A DNA stretch of 64,000 nucleotides from Alphaproteobacteria bacterium (GCA_965227515.1 CBDDFZ010000001.1:640001-704000), one strand, 5' to 3'. Shown: positions 41,150 to 51,522, numbered from the stretch's first letter. Numbers and translations: made by a program. Notes: generated by a model not told the origin, from the letters alone.

Positions 41150-42529
41150 ATGGCCTCCGTCGCAAACTCGCCGGAAGCGCGGGACATTGCCTACCACCTG
41201 CACCCGTACACGAACCTGCGCAAGCTGGCCGAGGACGGGCCTTTGGTGATCGCCCGGGGCGAGGGCATCCACGTCTACGACACCAACGACAAGCCGTATA
41301 TCGAGGGTCTGGCCGGCCTGTGGTGCGCCGGGCTGGGCTTCTCCGAGCAGCGCCTGGTGGAGGCGGCGACCCGCCAGATGGAGAAGCTGCCGTTCTACCA
41401 TGCCTTCACCAACAAGGTGTCGGACGTGTGCACCGAACTGGCCGAGCGGCTGGTCAGCCTGGCGCCGGTGCCGATGTCGAAGGCGATCTTCGAAAGCTCC
41501 GGCTCCCAGGCCAACGACACCGTCATCAAGATCGTCTGGTACTACAACAACGCGCTCGGCCGGCCGGAGAAGAAGAAGTTCATCAGCCGCAAGCGCGGCT
41601 ATCACGGCGTCACCCTGGGCGCGGCGAGCCTGACCGGCCTGCCCTATGCCCAGGTCGACTTCGATGTGCCGTTCCCGTTCGTGCGCCACGTCACCCCGCC
41701 CCACACCTTCCGCGAGATGCAGCCGGGCGAGGACGAGGCCGCCTTCGTAGACCGGCTGGCGCAGGAGCTGGACGACCTGATCGAGGCCGAGGGGTCGGAG
41801 ACGGTGGCCGCCTTCATCGCCGAGCCGGTTCAGGGCGCGGGCGGCGTGATCCTGCCGCCTGAGGGCTATTTCCCGAAGATCCAGGCGGTGCTCAACAAGC
41901 ATGACGTGCTGATGATCGCCGACGAGGTGATCTGCGGCTTCGGGCGCACCGGCAACTGGTGGGGCAGCCAGACCTTCGACATCAAGCCGAACATCATGTC
42001 GATGGCCAAGCAGCTGACCGCCGCCTACATGCCGCTGTCGGCGGTGATGATCGACGACAAGGTGTTCCAGGTGCTGGCCGACAACAGCGCCAAGCGCGGC
42101 AATTTCGGCCACGGCTACACGTACTCGGGGCACCCGGTGCCGTCGGCGGTGGCGCTGGAGACGCTGAGGATCTACGAGGAGGACGGCATCATCGAGCGGG
42201 TGGCGGCCATCGGCCCGCACCTGCAAGCCGGGCTCCGCGCGCTGGGCGACCATCCGCTGGTCGGCGAGGCACGCGGCATCGGGCTGATCGGCGCGTTGGA
42301 ACTGGTCGCCGACAAGGAAACCAAGGAGGCCTTCCCGCCGGAGCGCATGGTCGGGCCGGCCGTCGTCGCCCACTGCCAGCGCCACGGGCTGATCCTGCGC
42401 AATCTGCCGGGCGATGTCGTCGCGGTGTGCCCGCCGATGATCATCACCACCGCCGAGATCGACGAGTTGCTGAAGCGCCTGGGTGCTGCGCTGGACGATG
42501 CCTACGCCGATATCCAGGCGGCGGCCTGA
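41150..42529 (+). CDS. Class III aminotransferase (omega-amino acid/polyamine type)
   Basis: GLWC, AAFIAEPV, IADEVICGFGRTG, AK (PLP lysine), HGYTYSGHP. Confidence 0.92.
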   Translation: MASVANSPEARDIAYHLHPYTNLRKLAEDGPLVIARGEGIHVYDTNDKPYIEGLAGLWCAGLGFSEQRLVEAATRQMEKLPFYHAFTNKVSDVCTELAERLVSLAPVPMSKAIFESSGSQANDTVIKIVWYYNNALGRPEKKKFISRKRGYHGVTLGAASLTGLPYAQVDFDVPFPFVRHVTPPHTFREMQPGEDEAAFVDRLAQELDDLIEAEGSETVAAFIAEPVQGAGGVILPPEGYFPKIQAVLNKHDVLMIADEVICGFGRTGNWWGSQTFDIKPNIMSMAKQLTAAYMPLSAVMIDDKVFQVLADNSAKRGNFGHGYTYSGHPVPSAVALETLRIYEEDGIIERVAAIGPHLQAGLRALGDHPLVGEARGIGLIGALELVADKETKEAFPPERMVGPAVVAHCQRHGLILRNLPGDVVAVCPPMIITTAEIDELLKRLGAALDDAYADIQAAA

Positions 42530-42544
42530 GGCGGTATCTCATTT

Positions 42545-42722
42545 GACGCCCTCCGCCTTGTGCCGAGGGCCATGCTCTTGCAAGGCTGGTCACGAATGTC
42601 GTTTGTGCGTGGCGAGGGTGCCATGCTGGCCGCCAGCCGTCTGCCATCTACGCGGCGTAACGCCAGGCAGTCGGTACGCGTTCGGGACATGGATGGGTCC
42701 TCGCCACAAGGGCGAGGACGTC
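42545..42722. repeat. REP-doublet-like element, family A
   Basis: GACGCCCTCCGCCTTGTGCCGAGGGCCAT...ATGGGTCCTCGCCACAAGGGCGAGGACGTC. Confidence 0.8.
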
Positions 42723-42779
42723 GATGGTGTTTTTGATCAGATAGAGTCCGTCGCGGCCTGATCCAATCAGGCCCGCGGC

Positions 42780-43034
42780 CTATTCGACCGGCTCGCCGTC
42801 GACCACGGTCTCGTTGTCAACCGCCGCGTCGTCGTCGACGGTCATTTCCTCCGGCAGCGCGTCTTCCTCGGCCGCTGCGTCGTCCTCCGCATCGGCCGCG
42901 TCGATCATCGAGCCGAAGGCGGGGCGCGGCGGCTCGGTGCCGCGCCAGTTCCAGTCGCGGTCGAACATGATCGGCAGGCACCCGGACACGGCGACGCCAA
43001 GCGCGATGGTCGTGGACAAGGTGAGAAGGCGCAT
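42780..43034 (-). CDS. Small acidic lipoprotein
   Basis: MRLLTL...VAVSGC lipobox; D/E-rich tail. Confidence 0.65.
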   Translation of the reverse strand: MRLLTLSTTIALGVAVSGCLPIMFDRDWNWRGTEPPRPAFGSMIDAADAEDDAAAEEDALPEEMTVDDDAAVDNETVVDGEPVE

Positions 43035-43181
43035 CGGGTTACCGTCCTTGATCTTGTACTGAACGCGTTGTCCGGCTGTGGGCGGCGGAGAATCGCACGT
43101 GCCCTGAGATTGAGCACGCCGAACATGGCAGCGGACGCGCGCCAAGGCAAGACCGTCGGTAACGCGCGCGCCAACGGCCAC

Positions 43182-43802
43182 TCACTCCACAATCAGCGCT
43201 TCGACAAAGTACTCGATGTTGTCGGCGTTGCGCATGGCCAGGGCGGGGTCGTCGCGGGCCAGCGCCAGCGCGTCGTTGACGCCATAGACGATGTCGTCGG
43301 ACGCGACGCCGCGCTCCATGTGCGAGACCTCGTGGATAACGGTGCCCATGCGGGTGTCGAACCCGCCCTTCAGGTTGGTCTCGAAGAACGAGTTGCCGAA
43401 GCCGATCCACGCGTTGCCGTCGATCTCGATCATCGTCCAGCCGTAGAGCGGCTCGTTGCGGTCGCACACCATCTCGATCGGATCGGCGTCGTGGCGCAGG
43501 CGCTTGTGCAGGTAGCGATAGATGCGCAGCACCTGGTTGACGTTGGCGCCGGTGCCGAACCAGCGGTCGAGCTCCCAGAGCGTGATCTTGCTGGGATGGG
43601 CGCTGCCCAGGTCCAGGATTACGCTGACCAGCGCCTCCTCCGCCGCGACCATCGCCTCCAGCACCTGCGCGCGCTCCGCCGGGCTGCACTTTTCGTAGGT
43701 CAGCGGGACGCCCTTGCCCTCGGCGTGGGCCGCGGGCGTGCCGGCAGGCAGGGCAAGCGCAATCAGCACGGCGACGGCGACAAGGCGGAGGGTCAAGCGC
43801 AT
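43182..43802 (-). CDS. M35 (aspzincin) metalloendopeptidase
   Basis: Signal peptide; HEVSH followed by DD..YG and NADN. Confidence 0.82.
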   Translation of the reverse strand: MRLTLRLVAVAVLIALALPAGTPAAHAEGKGVPLTYEKCSPAERAQVLEAMVAAEEALVSVILDLGSAHPSKITLWELDRWFGTGANVNQVLRIYRYLHKRLRHDADPIEMVCDRNEPLYGWTMIEIDGNAWIGFGNSFFETNLKGGFDTRMGTVIHEVSHMERGVASDDIVYGVNDALALARDDPALAMRNADNIEYFVEALIVE

Positions 43803-43813
43803 GGCTGGACTTC

Positions 43814-45184
43814 CTATCCCATCTTGCGGCGCAGATGGTTGATCAGGTCGACCTTTGTGATCAGGCCCAGGAACGCGCCCTTGTCCGCGATCACCGCAAC
43901 GCGCCCGGCGCGGAAGATCGGCAGCAGGTCGGCGATGTCGGCATCGGGGGCCAGGGTGTCGACCCGGCGCGACATGGCGCTGACCACCGGGCGCTGGAAG
44001 GCGGACGCCTCGCCGAACGCCATCGCCAGCACGTCGCTCTCGTCGATCAGGCCGATCACCTGGTCGCCCTCCATCACCGGCAATTGCGATACGTCGGCCA
44101 TGCGCATGCGGCCATAGGCCGACAGCAGGCTGTCGTCGCGGTCGGCGGAGACCACGCCCCCCGCACCCACAGGCCGGGCGATCAGGTCGCGCAGGTCGCC
44201 GTGACGGTCGCGCTCCTGGAACCCCTGCTCGGTCATCCAGGCATCGTTGAACATTTTCGACAGGTACTTGTTGCCGCTGTCGCAAATCAGGGTCACCACG
44301 CGCTTCGGCGCGGTCTGTGCCCGGCAGTAGCGCAGCGCCGCCGCCACCAGGGTGCCGGACGACGAGCCGGCCAGAATGCCCTCGCGCAGCAACAGGTCGC
44401 GCCCGGTCGCCAGTGCCTCGGCATCGGAAATGCGGATCGCGCTCGTGGCCAGCGAGATGTCGCAGTTCGGCGGCACGAAGTCCTCGCCGACGCCCTCCAC
44501 CACCCAGCTCCCCACCGGCTGGCGCTGCTCGCCGAACTCGACCATGTCGGCGATGACCGAGCCTTCCGGGTCGGCCACCACCATCTCCACGTCCGGCGCG
44601 GTCTCGCAGAAATAGCGGCCGAGGCCGGTCAGCGTGCCGCCGGAGCCGACGCCGCAAACCATGGCGTCCATGGTCCCGTCCATCTGCCGCCAGATCTCCG
44701 GGCCGGTGGTGGTCTCGTGCGCCTTCGGATTGGCCGGGTTGGCGAACTGGTTGATCCAGAACGCGCCGGGCGTTTCGGCGGCCAGGCGCTCGGCCATGTC
44801 CTGGTAATAGGCGGGGTGGCCGCGCTCGACATCGGAGCGGGTGGTCACCACCTTGGCGCCCAGCGCGCGCAGGTGGTGCATCTTCTCCTGGCTCATCTTG
44901 TCGGGCATGACGATGGTCAGCCGATAGCCCTTTTGCGCCGCCACCAGCGCCAGGCCGAGCCCGGTGTTGCCGGCGGTCGCCTCGACCAGGGTGCCGCCGG
45001 GCGCGATGCTGCCGTCCGCTTCCGCCGCCTCGATCATCGAGAGCGCCACCCGGTCCTTGATCGAGCCGCCGGGATTCTGGCTTTCCAGCTTGACGAACAG
45101 CCGGCACGGGCCGGTATCGAGCTTGGTCAGCTCCAGCATCGGCGTGTTGCCGATCAGGTCCAGGACGGAACGCGGTGGGGTCAT
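43814..45184 (-). CDS. cbs: Cystathionine beta-synthase with C-terminal CBS domains
   Basis: KLESQNPGGSIKDR, EATAGNTG, GVGSGGT, YLSKMFND, CBS pair. Confidence 0.9.
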   Translation of the reverse strand: MTPPRSVLDLIGNTPMLELTKLDTGPCRLFVKLESQNPGGSIKDRVALSMIEAAEADGSIAPGGTLVEATAGNTGLGLALVAAQKGYRLTIVMPDKMSQEKMHHLRALGAKVVTTRSDVERGHPAYYQDMAERLAAETPGAFWINQFANPANPKAHETTTGPEIWRQMDGTMDAMVCGVGSGGTLTGLGRYFCETAPDVEMVVADPEGSVIADMVEFGEQRQPVGSWVVEGVGEDFVPPNCDISLATSAIRISDAEALATGRDLLLREGILAGSSSGTLVAAALRYCRAQTAPKRVVTLICDSGNKYLSKMFNDAWMTEQGFQERDRHGDLRDLIARPVGAGGVVSADRDDSLLSAYGRMRMADVSQLPVMEGDQVIGLIDESDVLAMAFGEASAFQRPVVSAMSRRVDTLAPDADIADLLPIFRAGRVAVIADKGAFLGLITKVDLINHLRRKMG

Positions 45185-45239
45185 GAGAAGTTCGGGACTC
45201 GCGTCGGGTCGGTCGGCGCAGGCTTGATCTTACATGCAC

Positions 45240-45375
45240 AAGAGCATGATCGCTGAAGTCTGCGCCAGCCCGCTCCCCCACCCGGCCGCCCAGCAGCATA
45301 CTCTCGTGGGCGGCCGGGTGGGGGAGCGGGCCGGTGCCGGCTTCGGCGCAAGCTGATCCTGCGCAAGCTGATCTA
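45240..45375. repeat. Palindromic intergenic repeat, family B, copy 2
   Basis: Shares stem and CAGCAGCATACT loop with 8555-8682. Confidence 0.85.
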
Positions 45376-45396
45376 ACTCATACATGGACCGGTGGC

Positions 45397-45425
45397 CTTG
45401 TCAGAGCAAGCCGGCTTGCGCATAT
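45397..45425 (+). promoter_or_regulatory. Putative RpoH (sigma32) promoter of htpG
   Basis: CTTGTC-N16-CGCATAT resembles alphaproteobacterial RpoH consensus CTTG..-N16-CCTATAT. Confidence 0.45.
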
Positions 45426-45496
45426 GTTGGGCAAATCCCGCGCGCGGCCCTCCCTCCACCGGCCGCGCTACCTAACGCAGATTCAAGGGACCTGTC

Positions 45497-47431
45497 ATGG
45501 CAGAAACCCATACCTTCCAGGCGGAGGTCAGCCGCCTGTTGGATATCGTCGCCCACTCGCTCTATTCCGATAAGCAGATCTTCCTGCGCGAACTGATCGC
45601 CAATGCCGCCGACGCTTGCGACAAGCTGCGCTATGCGGCGCTGACCGACCCGGACCTGGCGGGCGACGGCAACTACGCGATCACGCTGACCGCGGACAAG
45701 GACAGCCGCACCGTCAAGGTCGCCGACAACGGCATCGGCATGAGCCACGACGACATGGTCGGCAATCTCGGCACCATCGCCAAGTCCGGCACCTCCGACT
45801 TCCTGGCCCAGATCAGCGGCGATGCGAAAAAGGATACCAACCTGATCGGCCAGTTCGGCGTCGGCTTCTATTCTGCGTTCATGGTCGCCGAGAAGGTGGA
45901 GGTGGTCAGCCGCAAGGCCGGCGAGGACGAGGCCTGGCGCTGGACGTCCGACGGCAAGGGCAGCTTCGAGATCGAGCCGGCGATCGCCTCGCCGCTGCTG
46001 GAGGTGCCGGAGCGCGGCACGGTGGTGATCGTTCACCTGACCGAGGACCACGCCGAGTTCGCCGATGCCGCGCGCCTGCGCGAGGTGGTGCGCGCCTATG
46101 CCGACCACATCGCGGTGCCGGTGTCGCTGGCCGCCACGGACGAAGCGGGCGAGGACGGCGCGCCGGAGGTGCTGAACAAGGCCTCGGCGCTGTGGACCCG
46201 GCCGAAGTCGGAGATCGACGACGACCAGTACAAGGAGTTCTACCAGTATGTCGGCCAGGCGTTCGACGACCCGTGGCTGACCATCCATTTCCGCGCCGAG
46301 GGCGTGATCGAATACACAGCCCTGATGTTCGTGCCGACCTCGCGGCCGTTCGACCTGTTCCGGCCCGAGCGCAAGCACGGCCTGAAGCTCTACGTGAAGC
46401 GGGTGTTCATCACTGACGATTGCGAGGGGCTGGTGCCGGGCTGGATGCGCTTCGTGCGCGGCGTGGTCGACAGCCCCGACGTGCCGCTGAATGTCAGCCG
46501 CGAGATGCTGCAGCACAACCCGGTGCTGGGCAAAATCCGCTCCGGCCTGGTCAAGCGCGTGCTCTCCGAGCTCGACAAGAAGGCGGAAAAGGCGCCGGAC
46601 GACTACGCCACCTTCTGGGAGGCGTTCGGCCCGGTGATGAAGGAGGGCATCTATGAGGACGATGCCAACCGCGACGCGCTGTTGAAGCTCGCCCGCTTCA
46701 CCACCACCCGCACGGTGAAGGAGGGCGGCAAGCCGATCTCGCTGGCCGACTACATCGGGCGGATGGCCGAGGGCCAGGAGGCGATCTTCTACGCCACCGG
46801 CGACAATCTGGAGGCGTTGAAGCGCAGCCCGCAGCTCGAGGGCTTCGCCGCCCGCGATGTCGAGGTGCTGCTGCTGACCGACCCGGTGGACGAGTTCTGG
46901 GTGCCGGCGGTGCACGAGTTCGAGGGCAAGGCGCTGACCAGCGTGGCGCGCGGCGGCGCCGACCTGGACAAGATCGCCAGGAAGGACGCGGCGGCCGAGG
47001 AAAGCGACGGCAAGGACAAGAAAGAGCAGAAAAAGGACGACGCGGCGCCGGCCGCCATCGATGCCGTTATCGCCGCCTTCAAGGTGGCGCTGGGCGACGC
47101 GGTGGAGGACGTGAAATCGTCGAACAGGTTGACCGACAGCCCGGTCTGTCTCGTCGCCGGTGAGAACGCGATGTCGATGCACCTGGAGCGGCTGCTGAAA
47201 TCCCACGGCCAGCTCGAAAACCTGAGCCAGCGGGTGCTGGAGCTGAACCCCGGCCATCCGCTGGTCAAGCGGTTGAACGACATGGCGGCGAAGGACGCCA
47301 AGGACCCGGTGCTGGACGAGGCGGCGCACCTGCTGCTGGACCAGGCCCGCATCCTGGAGGGCGAGCCGGTGCCCGACCCGGCCGCCTTCGCCCGCCGCAT
47401 GAGCCAGGTGATGGTCGCGGGATTGGCGTAG
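45497..47431 (+). CDS. htpG: Chaperone HtpG (Hsp90)
   Basis: FQAEV, IFLRELI, NLGTIAKSGT, IGQFGVGFYSAF. Confidence 0.97.
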   Translation: MAETHTFQAEVSRLLDIVAHSLYSDKQIFLRELIANAADACDKLRYAALTDPDLAGDGNYAITLTADKDSRTVKVADNGIGMSHDDMVGNLGTIAKSGTSDFLAQISGDAKKDTNLIGQFGVGFYSAFMVAEKVEVVSRKAGEDEAWRWTSDGKGSFEIEPAIASPLLEVPERGTVVIVHLTEDHAEFADAARLREVVRAYADHIAVPVSLAATDEAGEDGAPEVLNKASALWTRPKSEIDDDQYKEFYQYVGQAFDDPWLTIHFRAEGVIEYTALMFVPTSRPFDLFRPERKHGLKLYVKRVFITDDCEGLVPGWMRFVRGVVDSPDVPLNVSREMLQHNPVLGKIRSGLVKRVLSELDKKAEKAPDDYATFWEAFGPVMKEGIYEDDANRDALLKLARFTTTRTVKEGGKPISLADYIGRMAEGQEAIFYATGDNLEALKRSPQLEGFAARDVEVLLLTDPVDEFWVPAVHEFEGKALTSVARGGADLDKIARKDAAAEESDGKDKKEQKKDDAAPAAIDAVIAAFKVALGDAVEDVKSSNRLTDSPVCLVAGENAMSMHLERLLKSHGQLENLSQRVLELNPGHPLVKRLNDMAAKDAKDPVLDEAAHLLLDQARILEGEPVPDPAAFARRMSQVMVAGLA

Positions 47432-47496
47432 GGGCTGCGGTTCGACCGATACGCCCCTGTTATCGTTGGGTTCGACCGCCACTATCCATAATCATT

Positions 47497-47670
47497 GTCG
47501 TCCTCGCCCTTGTGGCGAGGACCCATTTATGTCATATATATCAATAGGTTGAAGTATCTCGTCACCCTAAGTGGCACTTGCGAGCCTGCGACGGGCCTTT
47601 CTGCCGGATTCTGTCGGCACCAGCCCGGATCGCCCCGCAAATGGGCCCTTGCGACAAGCGCAAGGGCGAC
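47497..47670. repeat. REP-doublet-like element, family A, with AT-rich spacer
   Basis: GTCGTCCTCGCCCTTGTGGCGAGGACCCAT...ATGGGCCCTTGCGACAAGCGCAAGGGCGAC. Confidence 0.8.
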
Positions 47671-47812
47671 GGCGGACGAAAGCAAGAGTGGGGCCCAAAT
47701 GAAATGCCGCTGCCCTTGACATTTGGGCCCCGGACCCACTAATACCCACCGCTCGGCATCAGCCTGCAGCCGGAAGAGCGGGCCGTTGATCTATTGACCG
47801 AAGGCGGATCCG

Positions 47813-47938
47813 ATGAAAGTCGTGAGCTCCTTGAAGACGATTAAGAAGCGCCACAAGAACTGCCGTGTCGTGCGGCGGCGTGGGCGCGTCTACGTCATCA
47901 ACAAGACCAACCCGCGGTTCAAGGCCCGCCAGGGCTGA
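47813..47938 (+). CDS. rpmJ: 50S ribosomal protein L36, zinc-free type (absent from ORF track)
   Basis: [41 protein letters not shown]. Confidence 0.95.
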   Translation: MKVVSSLKTIKKRHKNCRVVRRRGRVYVINKTNPRFKARQG

Positions 47939-47966
47939 CCGCGCGGTCGCAAGTTTCCCCATCGTT

Positions 47967-47999
47967 GTCATGCGCGGACTTGATCCGCGCATCCACGTC
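47967..47999. repeat. Single REP-like hairpin, family A
   Basis: GTCATGCGCGGACTTGATCCGCGCATCCACGTC resembles the left arm at 14903. Confidence 0.75.
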
Positions 48000-48080
48000 T
48001 TGGTGCGTCTGCGCCATTTGACACCCGTGCGCCGTGCGCCCCATTCTCCGGCCATGCCTTCGTAACACCGGAGCGGCCCC

Positions 48081-49568
48081 ATGCGCATGCCCACGCCCGA
48101 TGCCGGCACCATCGCCCGGCGCCACCAGATCGCCGCCGACCTGCGCGCCATCGTGCCCGGCGAGGGCGTGATTGATGCCGCCGAGGAACTCGCGGTCTAT
48201 GAGAGCGACGGGCTGACCGCCTACAAGCAGCCGCCGCTGCTCACCGTGCTGCCGGAAACGGTCGACCAGGTCAGCCGCGTCCTCGCCTACTGCCACAAGC
48301 ACAAGATCAAGGTGGTGCCGCGCGGCGCCGGCACCTCGCTGTCGGGCGGCGCGCTGCCGCTGGCCGACGGCATTCTGCTCGGCATGGCCAAGTTCAACCG
48401 GGTGCTGGAGATCGACTACCCCAACCGCTGCGCCGTGGTGCAGCCGGGCGTCACCAACCTCGGCGTTACCCAGGCGGTGGCGGCCGACGGCTTCTATTAC
48501 GCGCCCGACCCCTCCAGCCAGATCGCCTGCACCATCGGCGGCAACGTTGCGGAGAACTCCGGCGGCGTGCACTGCCTGAAATACGGGCTCACTACCAACA
48601 ACGTGCTCGGCCTGCAAGTGGTGCTGATGGACGGCGAGGTGGTGCGCATCGGCGGCAAGCACCTGGATGCGGAGGGCTATGACCTGCTCGGCCTGATGAT
48701 CGGGTCCGAGGGGCTGCTGGGCGTGGTGACCGAGGTGACGGTGCGCCTGTTGAAGGCGCCGACCACCGCCCAGGCGCTGCTGATCGGCTTCCCGTCCAGC
48801 GAGGACGCCGGCGAGGCGGTGGCCCAGATCATCGGCGCCGGCATCGTGCCCGGCGGCATGGAGATGATGGACAAGCCCGCCATACACGCCGCCGAGGCGT
48901 TCGTCCATGCCGGCTACCCGATGGACTGCGAGGCGCTGCTGATCGTGGAGTTGGACGGCCCGCCGGCCGAAGTCGCGCACCTGATCGGCGCGGTCGGCGA
49001 CATCGCGAACGGCTGTAAGGCGACCTCGGTCCGGGTCAGCAACGACGAGGCCGAGCGGCTGCAGTTCTGGGCCGGGCGCAAGGCGGCGTTCCCGGCGGTC
49101 GGCCGCATCTCGCCCGACTACTACTGCATGGACGGCACCATTCCGCGCAAGCAGCTCCCCTTCGTGCTGAAGCGGATGACAGAGCTGTCGGAGAAGCACG
49201 GGCTCAGGGTCGCCAACGTGTTCCACGCCGGCGACGGCAACCTCCACCCGCTGATCCTCTATGACGCCAACAAGCCCGGCGAGCTGGAACGGGCCGAGGC
49301 GTTCGGGTCCGACATCCTGACCCTGTGCGTGGAGGTCGGCGGCGTGCTGACCGGCGAGCACGGCGTCGGCGTGGAGAAGCGCGACCTGATGCCGGTGCAG
49401 TTCGGCGAGGACGACCTGAAGCAGCAGCAGCGGGTGAAGTGCGCCTTCGACCCCGACGCGCTGCTCAACCCCGGCAAGGTGTTCCCGCAACTCCACCGCT
49501 GCGCCGAACTCGGCCGCATGCACATCCACCGGGGCCAGCTGCCGTTCCCCGAGCTGGAGAGATTTTGA
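48081..49568 (+). CDS. glcD: Glycolate oxidase subunit GlcD-like FAD-linked oxidase
   Basis: PRGAGTSLSGG, APDPSS, GGVHCLKYG, HAGDGNLHP, GEHGVG, LLNPGK. Confidence 0.9.
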   Translation: MRMPTPDAGTIARRHQIAADLRAIVPGEGVIDAAEELAVYESDGLTAYKQPPLLTVLPETVDQVSRVLAYCHKHKIKVVPRGAGTSLSGGALPLADGILLGMAKFNRVLEIDYPNRCAVVQPGVTNLGVTQAVAADGFYYAPDPSSQIACTIGGNVAENSGGVHCLKYGLTTNNVLGLQVVLMDGEVVRIGGKHLDAEGYDLLGLMIGSEGLLGVVTEVTVRLLKAPTTAQALLIGFPSSEDAGEAVAQIIGAGIVPGGMEMMDKPAIHAAEAFVHAGYPMDCEALLIVELDGPPAEVAHLIGAVGDIANGCKATSVRVSNDEAERLQFWAGRKAAFPAVGRISPDYYCMDGTIPRKQLPFVLKRMTELSEKHGLRVANVFHAGDGNLHPLILYDANKPGELERAEAFGSDILTLCVEVGGVLTGEHGVGVEKRDLMPVQFGEDDLKQQQRVKCAFDPDALLNPGKVFPQLHRCAELGRMHIHRGQLPFPELERF

Positions 49569-49618
49569 TAGGTCCCATCTCTGACTACACCTGCGATTAC
49601 TTGAACAACCAATAGTGC

Positions 49619-50371
49619 CTATCCAAATGGCTCCGTGGAATCATCCGAGTCCTGCTCATCTGGCTTTGGCATTGGTCGCGTAATTTCTGCTTCTCTTATG
49701 AGCTCTGACCGAAGATCTCTTCTTGAGATAACCCAATTGATATGAGACGAGAGACCATCAAGATCAGGAAATATCGACGCAACATTAATCCCAAAATGAT
49801 CCAGGTCGAGCAAGAGGTCAGATTTTATACATGCAGGCACCTCAAATTTTTTGATTTTTCCGTATGAGCCGCCTAGTACCATTTTTTTGTCGGGTGGGCC
49901 ATGAATTGTGAAAACTCCCGATTGTCTTGATATTCGAGAAGCGTATGCGGTCGGACGGAATAGGCTGAGACCTTCGTATTCGAGCGGGTGGATATTTTCG
50001 CGCTTCACATAGCTGTTGGGCTGAAATGCATAGATTGCACCATCCAAGTCGTTGTGAGCATTTGCAGCAAAGTACGCTGCTATCAACGGGTTGGTTGACC
50101 AATCAAGCAAGCGGGTCGGAAAGCCATGGTGTTGCGCAACTGAAAGCCAATCCCAGCCATCATTCGGGCTGAACCGAATGTATTCAACTGCCCTACGTTT
50201 CCATGACTCAAAATGCAGCTTTTCATTTTTTGACATAACTTTCGATCTACCGGCTTTGGGAAGCAAGGACCAACTAGAGTTTGAATGACCTCGATAGAAC
50301 CAATCATAACCGCCCCGCATGTCTTTAGTATTAGCATAGAGGTCAGCTAAGTTTTTGATCTTTTCTGGCAT
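49619..50371 (-). CDS. FRG domain protein (AT-rich, likely horizontally acquired)
   Basis: FYRGH, AQHHGFPTRLLDWSTNPLIAAYFA, RI..Q.G.F, IFPDLDGL. Confidence 0.85.
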   Translation of the reverse strand: MPEKIKNLADLYANTKDMRGGYDWFYRGHSNSSWSLLPKAGRSKVMSKNEKLHFESWKRRAVEYIRFSPNDGWDWLSVAQHHGFPTRLLDWSTNPLIAAYFAANAHNDLDGAIYAFQPNSYVKRENIHPLEYEGLSLFRPTAYASRISRQSGVFTIHGPPDKKMVLGGSYGKIKKFEVPACIKSDLLLDLDHFGINVASIFPDLDGLSSHINWVISRRDLRSELIREAEITRPMPKPDEQDSDDSTEPFG

Positions 50372-50472
50372 GGCACGCACAATGCCTCTTATTCTCGTTA
50401 GCAAGCATAAGCTGGGAGATGCACAGTGGAAAACCGGATACCGCTCCATTCGACGCAAGTTGCCGACTCTGT

Positions 50473-51522
50473 CTAAGCCGCACCATACCACGCCCCTCGG
50501 CCGCGGCCGTGGAGTTGCAGATGGCCGCGTTCCACGAGCTGGCGGAAGTGGCCTTTCAGGGTGTTACGGCTGGCGCCGGTCAGGGTTGCGGCCTCGCCGA
50601 TGGTGATGCGGCCGTGGTCGCGGACGTGGTCGAGCAGGCGCAGCGACAAAGGCGGCAGTTGGTCCGCCAGCAGCTTCTCGTTCTCGACCTTGGTGCGCAG
50701 GCGCCGCATCTGGGTGTGCAGGGCCCGCATGAAATAGGTCAGCCACGGCTGCCAGTCCGGGGCATCGGACTTGAGCGTCGCTTGGGTGCGCCGCAATGCT
50801 AGGTAATAGCCCTCCTTGGTGCGTTCCACGACGCTTTCGAGCGAGCTGTACGGCGCGTACGCGTACCCTGCCCGCAGCAACAGCAGCGTGGTCAGGATAC
50901 GGCTGAGGCGCCCGTTGCCGTCCTGGAATGGGTGGATGGCGAGGAAATCGACCACGAACGCGCCGATGACGATCAGGGGATGCAGTTTGCCTTCGCTCAG
51001 TGCGGCGCGCGTCCAGTCCACGAGCGCGGTCATGCGCCGTGGGGTTTCGAATGGCGTAGCCGTCTCAAACACCACCGCAATCTGCCTGCCTTCCTCGTCG
51101 AAGGCGGCGACGTTATTCGGCGTGGTCTTGTAGCTGCCGCGATGCCAGTCGTCCTTCTCGCTGTGGCGCAGCAGATCGCGATGAAGCTGTCGGATGTGGT
51201 TCTCGGTCAGGTCGATCTCTGACCAGGAGGCAAATATCGTCTCCATCGCCTCGGCGTAGCCGGCCACTTCCTGTTCGTCGCGGGTGGCGAAGGCCCGGAT
51301 GTCGAGGTTGGCCAACAGGCGCTCAACCTCGCGGTCGGACAGCTGAGCGCCCTCGATGCGGGTGGACGAGCCAACGCTCTCGATGGTCGCGATCCTGCGC
51401 AGCGCCGACAACCGCTCCGGCGCCAATCGGCCCAGCGCCTGCCAGGCGCCCTTGAACTCGTCGATCTCGGCGATCAACGACAACAGTTCGGGCGTGATGT
51501 GCAATGAGCCAATGGCGACCAT
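50473..51522 (-). CDS. Fic family protein (class II) with C-terminal wHTH
   Basis: HPFQDGNGRLSR catalytic motif; N-terminal SSTRIEG inhibitory motif; HTH ending GRGRGAWY. Confidence 0.9.
   Translation of the reverse strand: MVAIGSLHITPELLSLIAEIDEFKGAWQALGRLAPERLSALRRIATIESVGSSTRIEGAQLSDREVERLLANLDIRAFATRDEQEVAGYAEAMETIFASWSEIDLTENHIRQLHRDLLRHSEKDDWHRGSYKTTPNNVAAFDEEGRQIAVVFETATPFETPRRMTALVDWTRAALSEGKLHPLIVIGAFVVDFLAIHPFQDGNGRLSRILTTLLLLRAGYAYAPYSSLESVVERTKEGYYLALRRTQATLKSDAPDWQPWLTYFMRALHTQMRRLRTKVENEKLLADQLPPLSLRLLDHVRDHGRITIGEAATLTGASRNTLKGHFRQLVERGHLQLHGRGRGAWYGAA

Noticed and set aside
43182-45299. Apparent 705-aa protease ORF
   Set aside because: The upstream part is an alternate frame of cbs; the signal peptide starts at 43802
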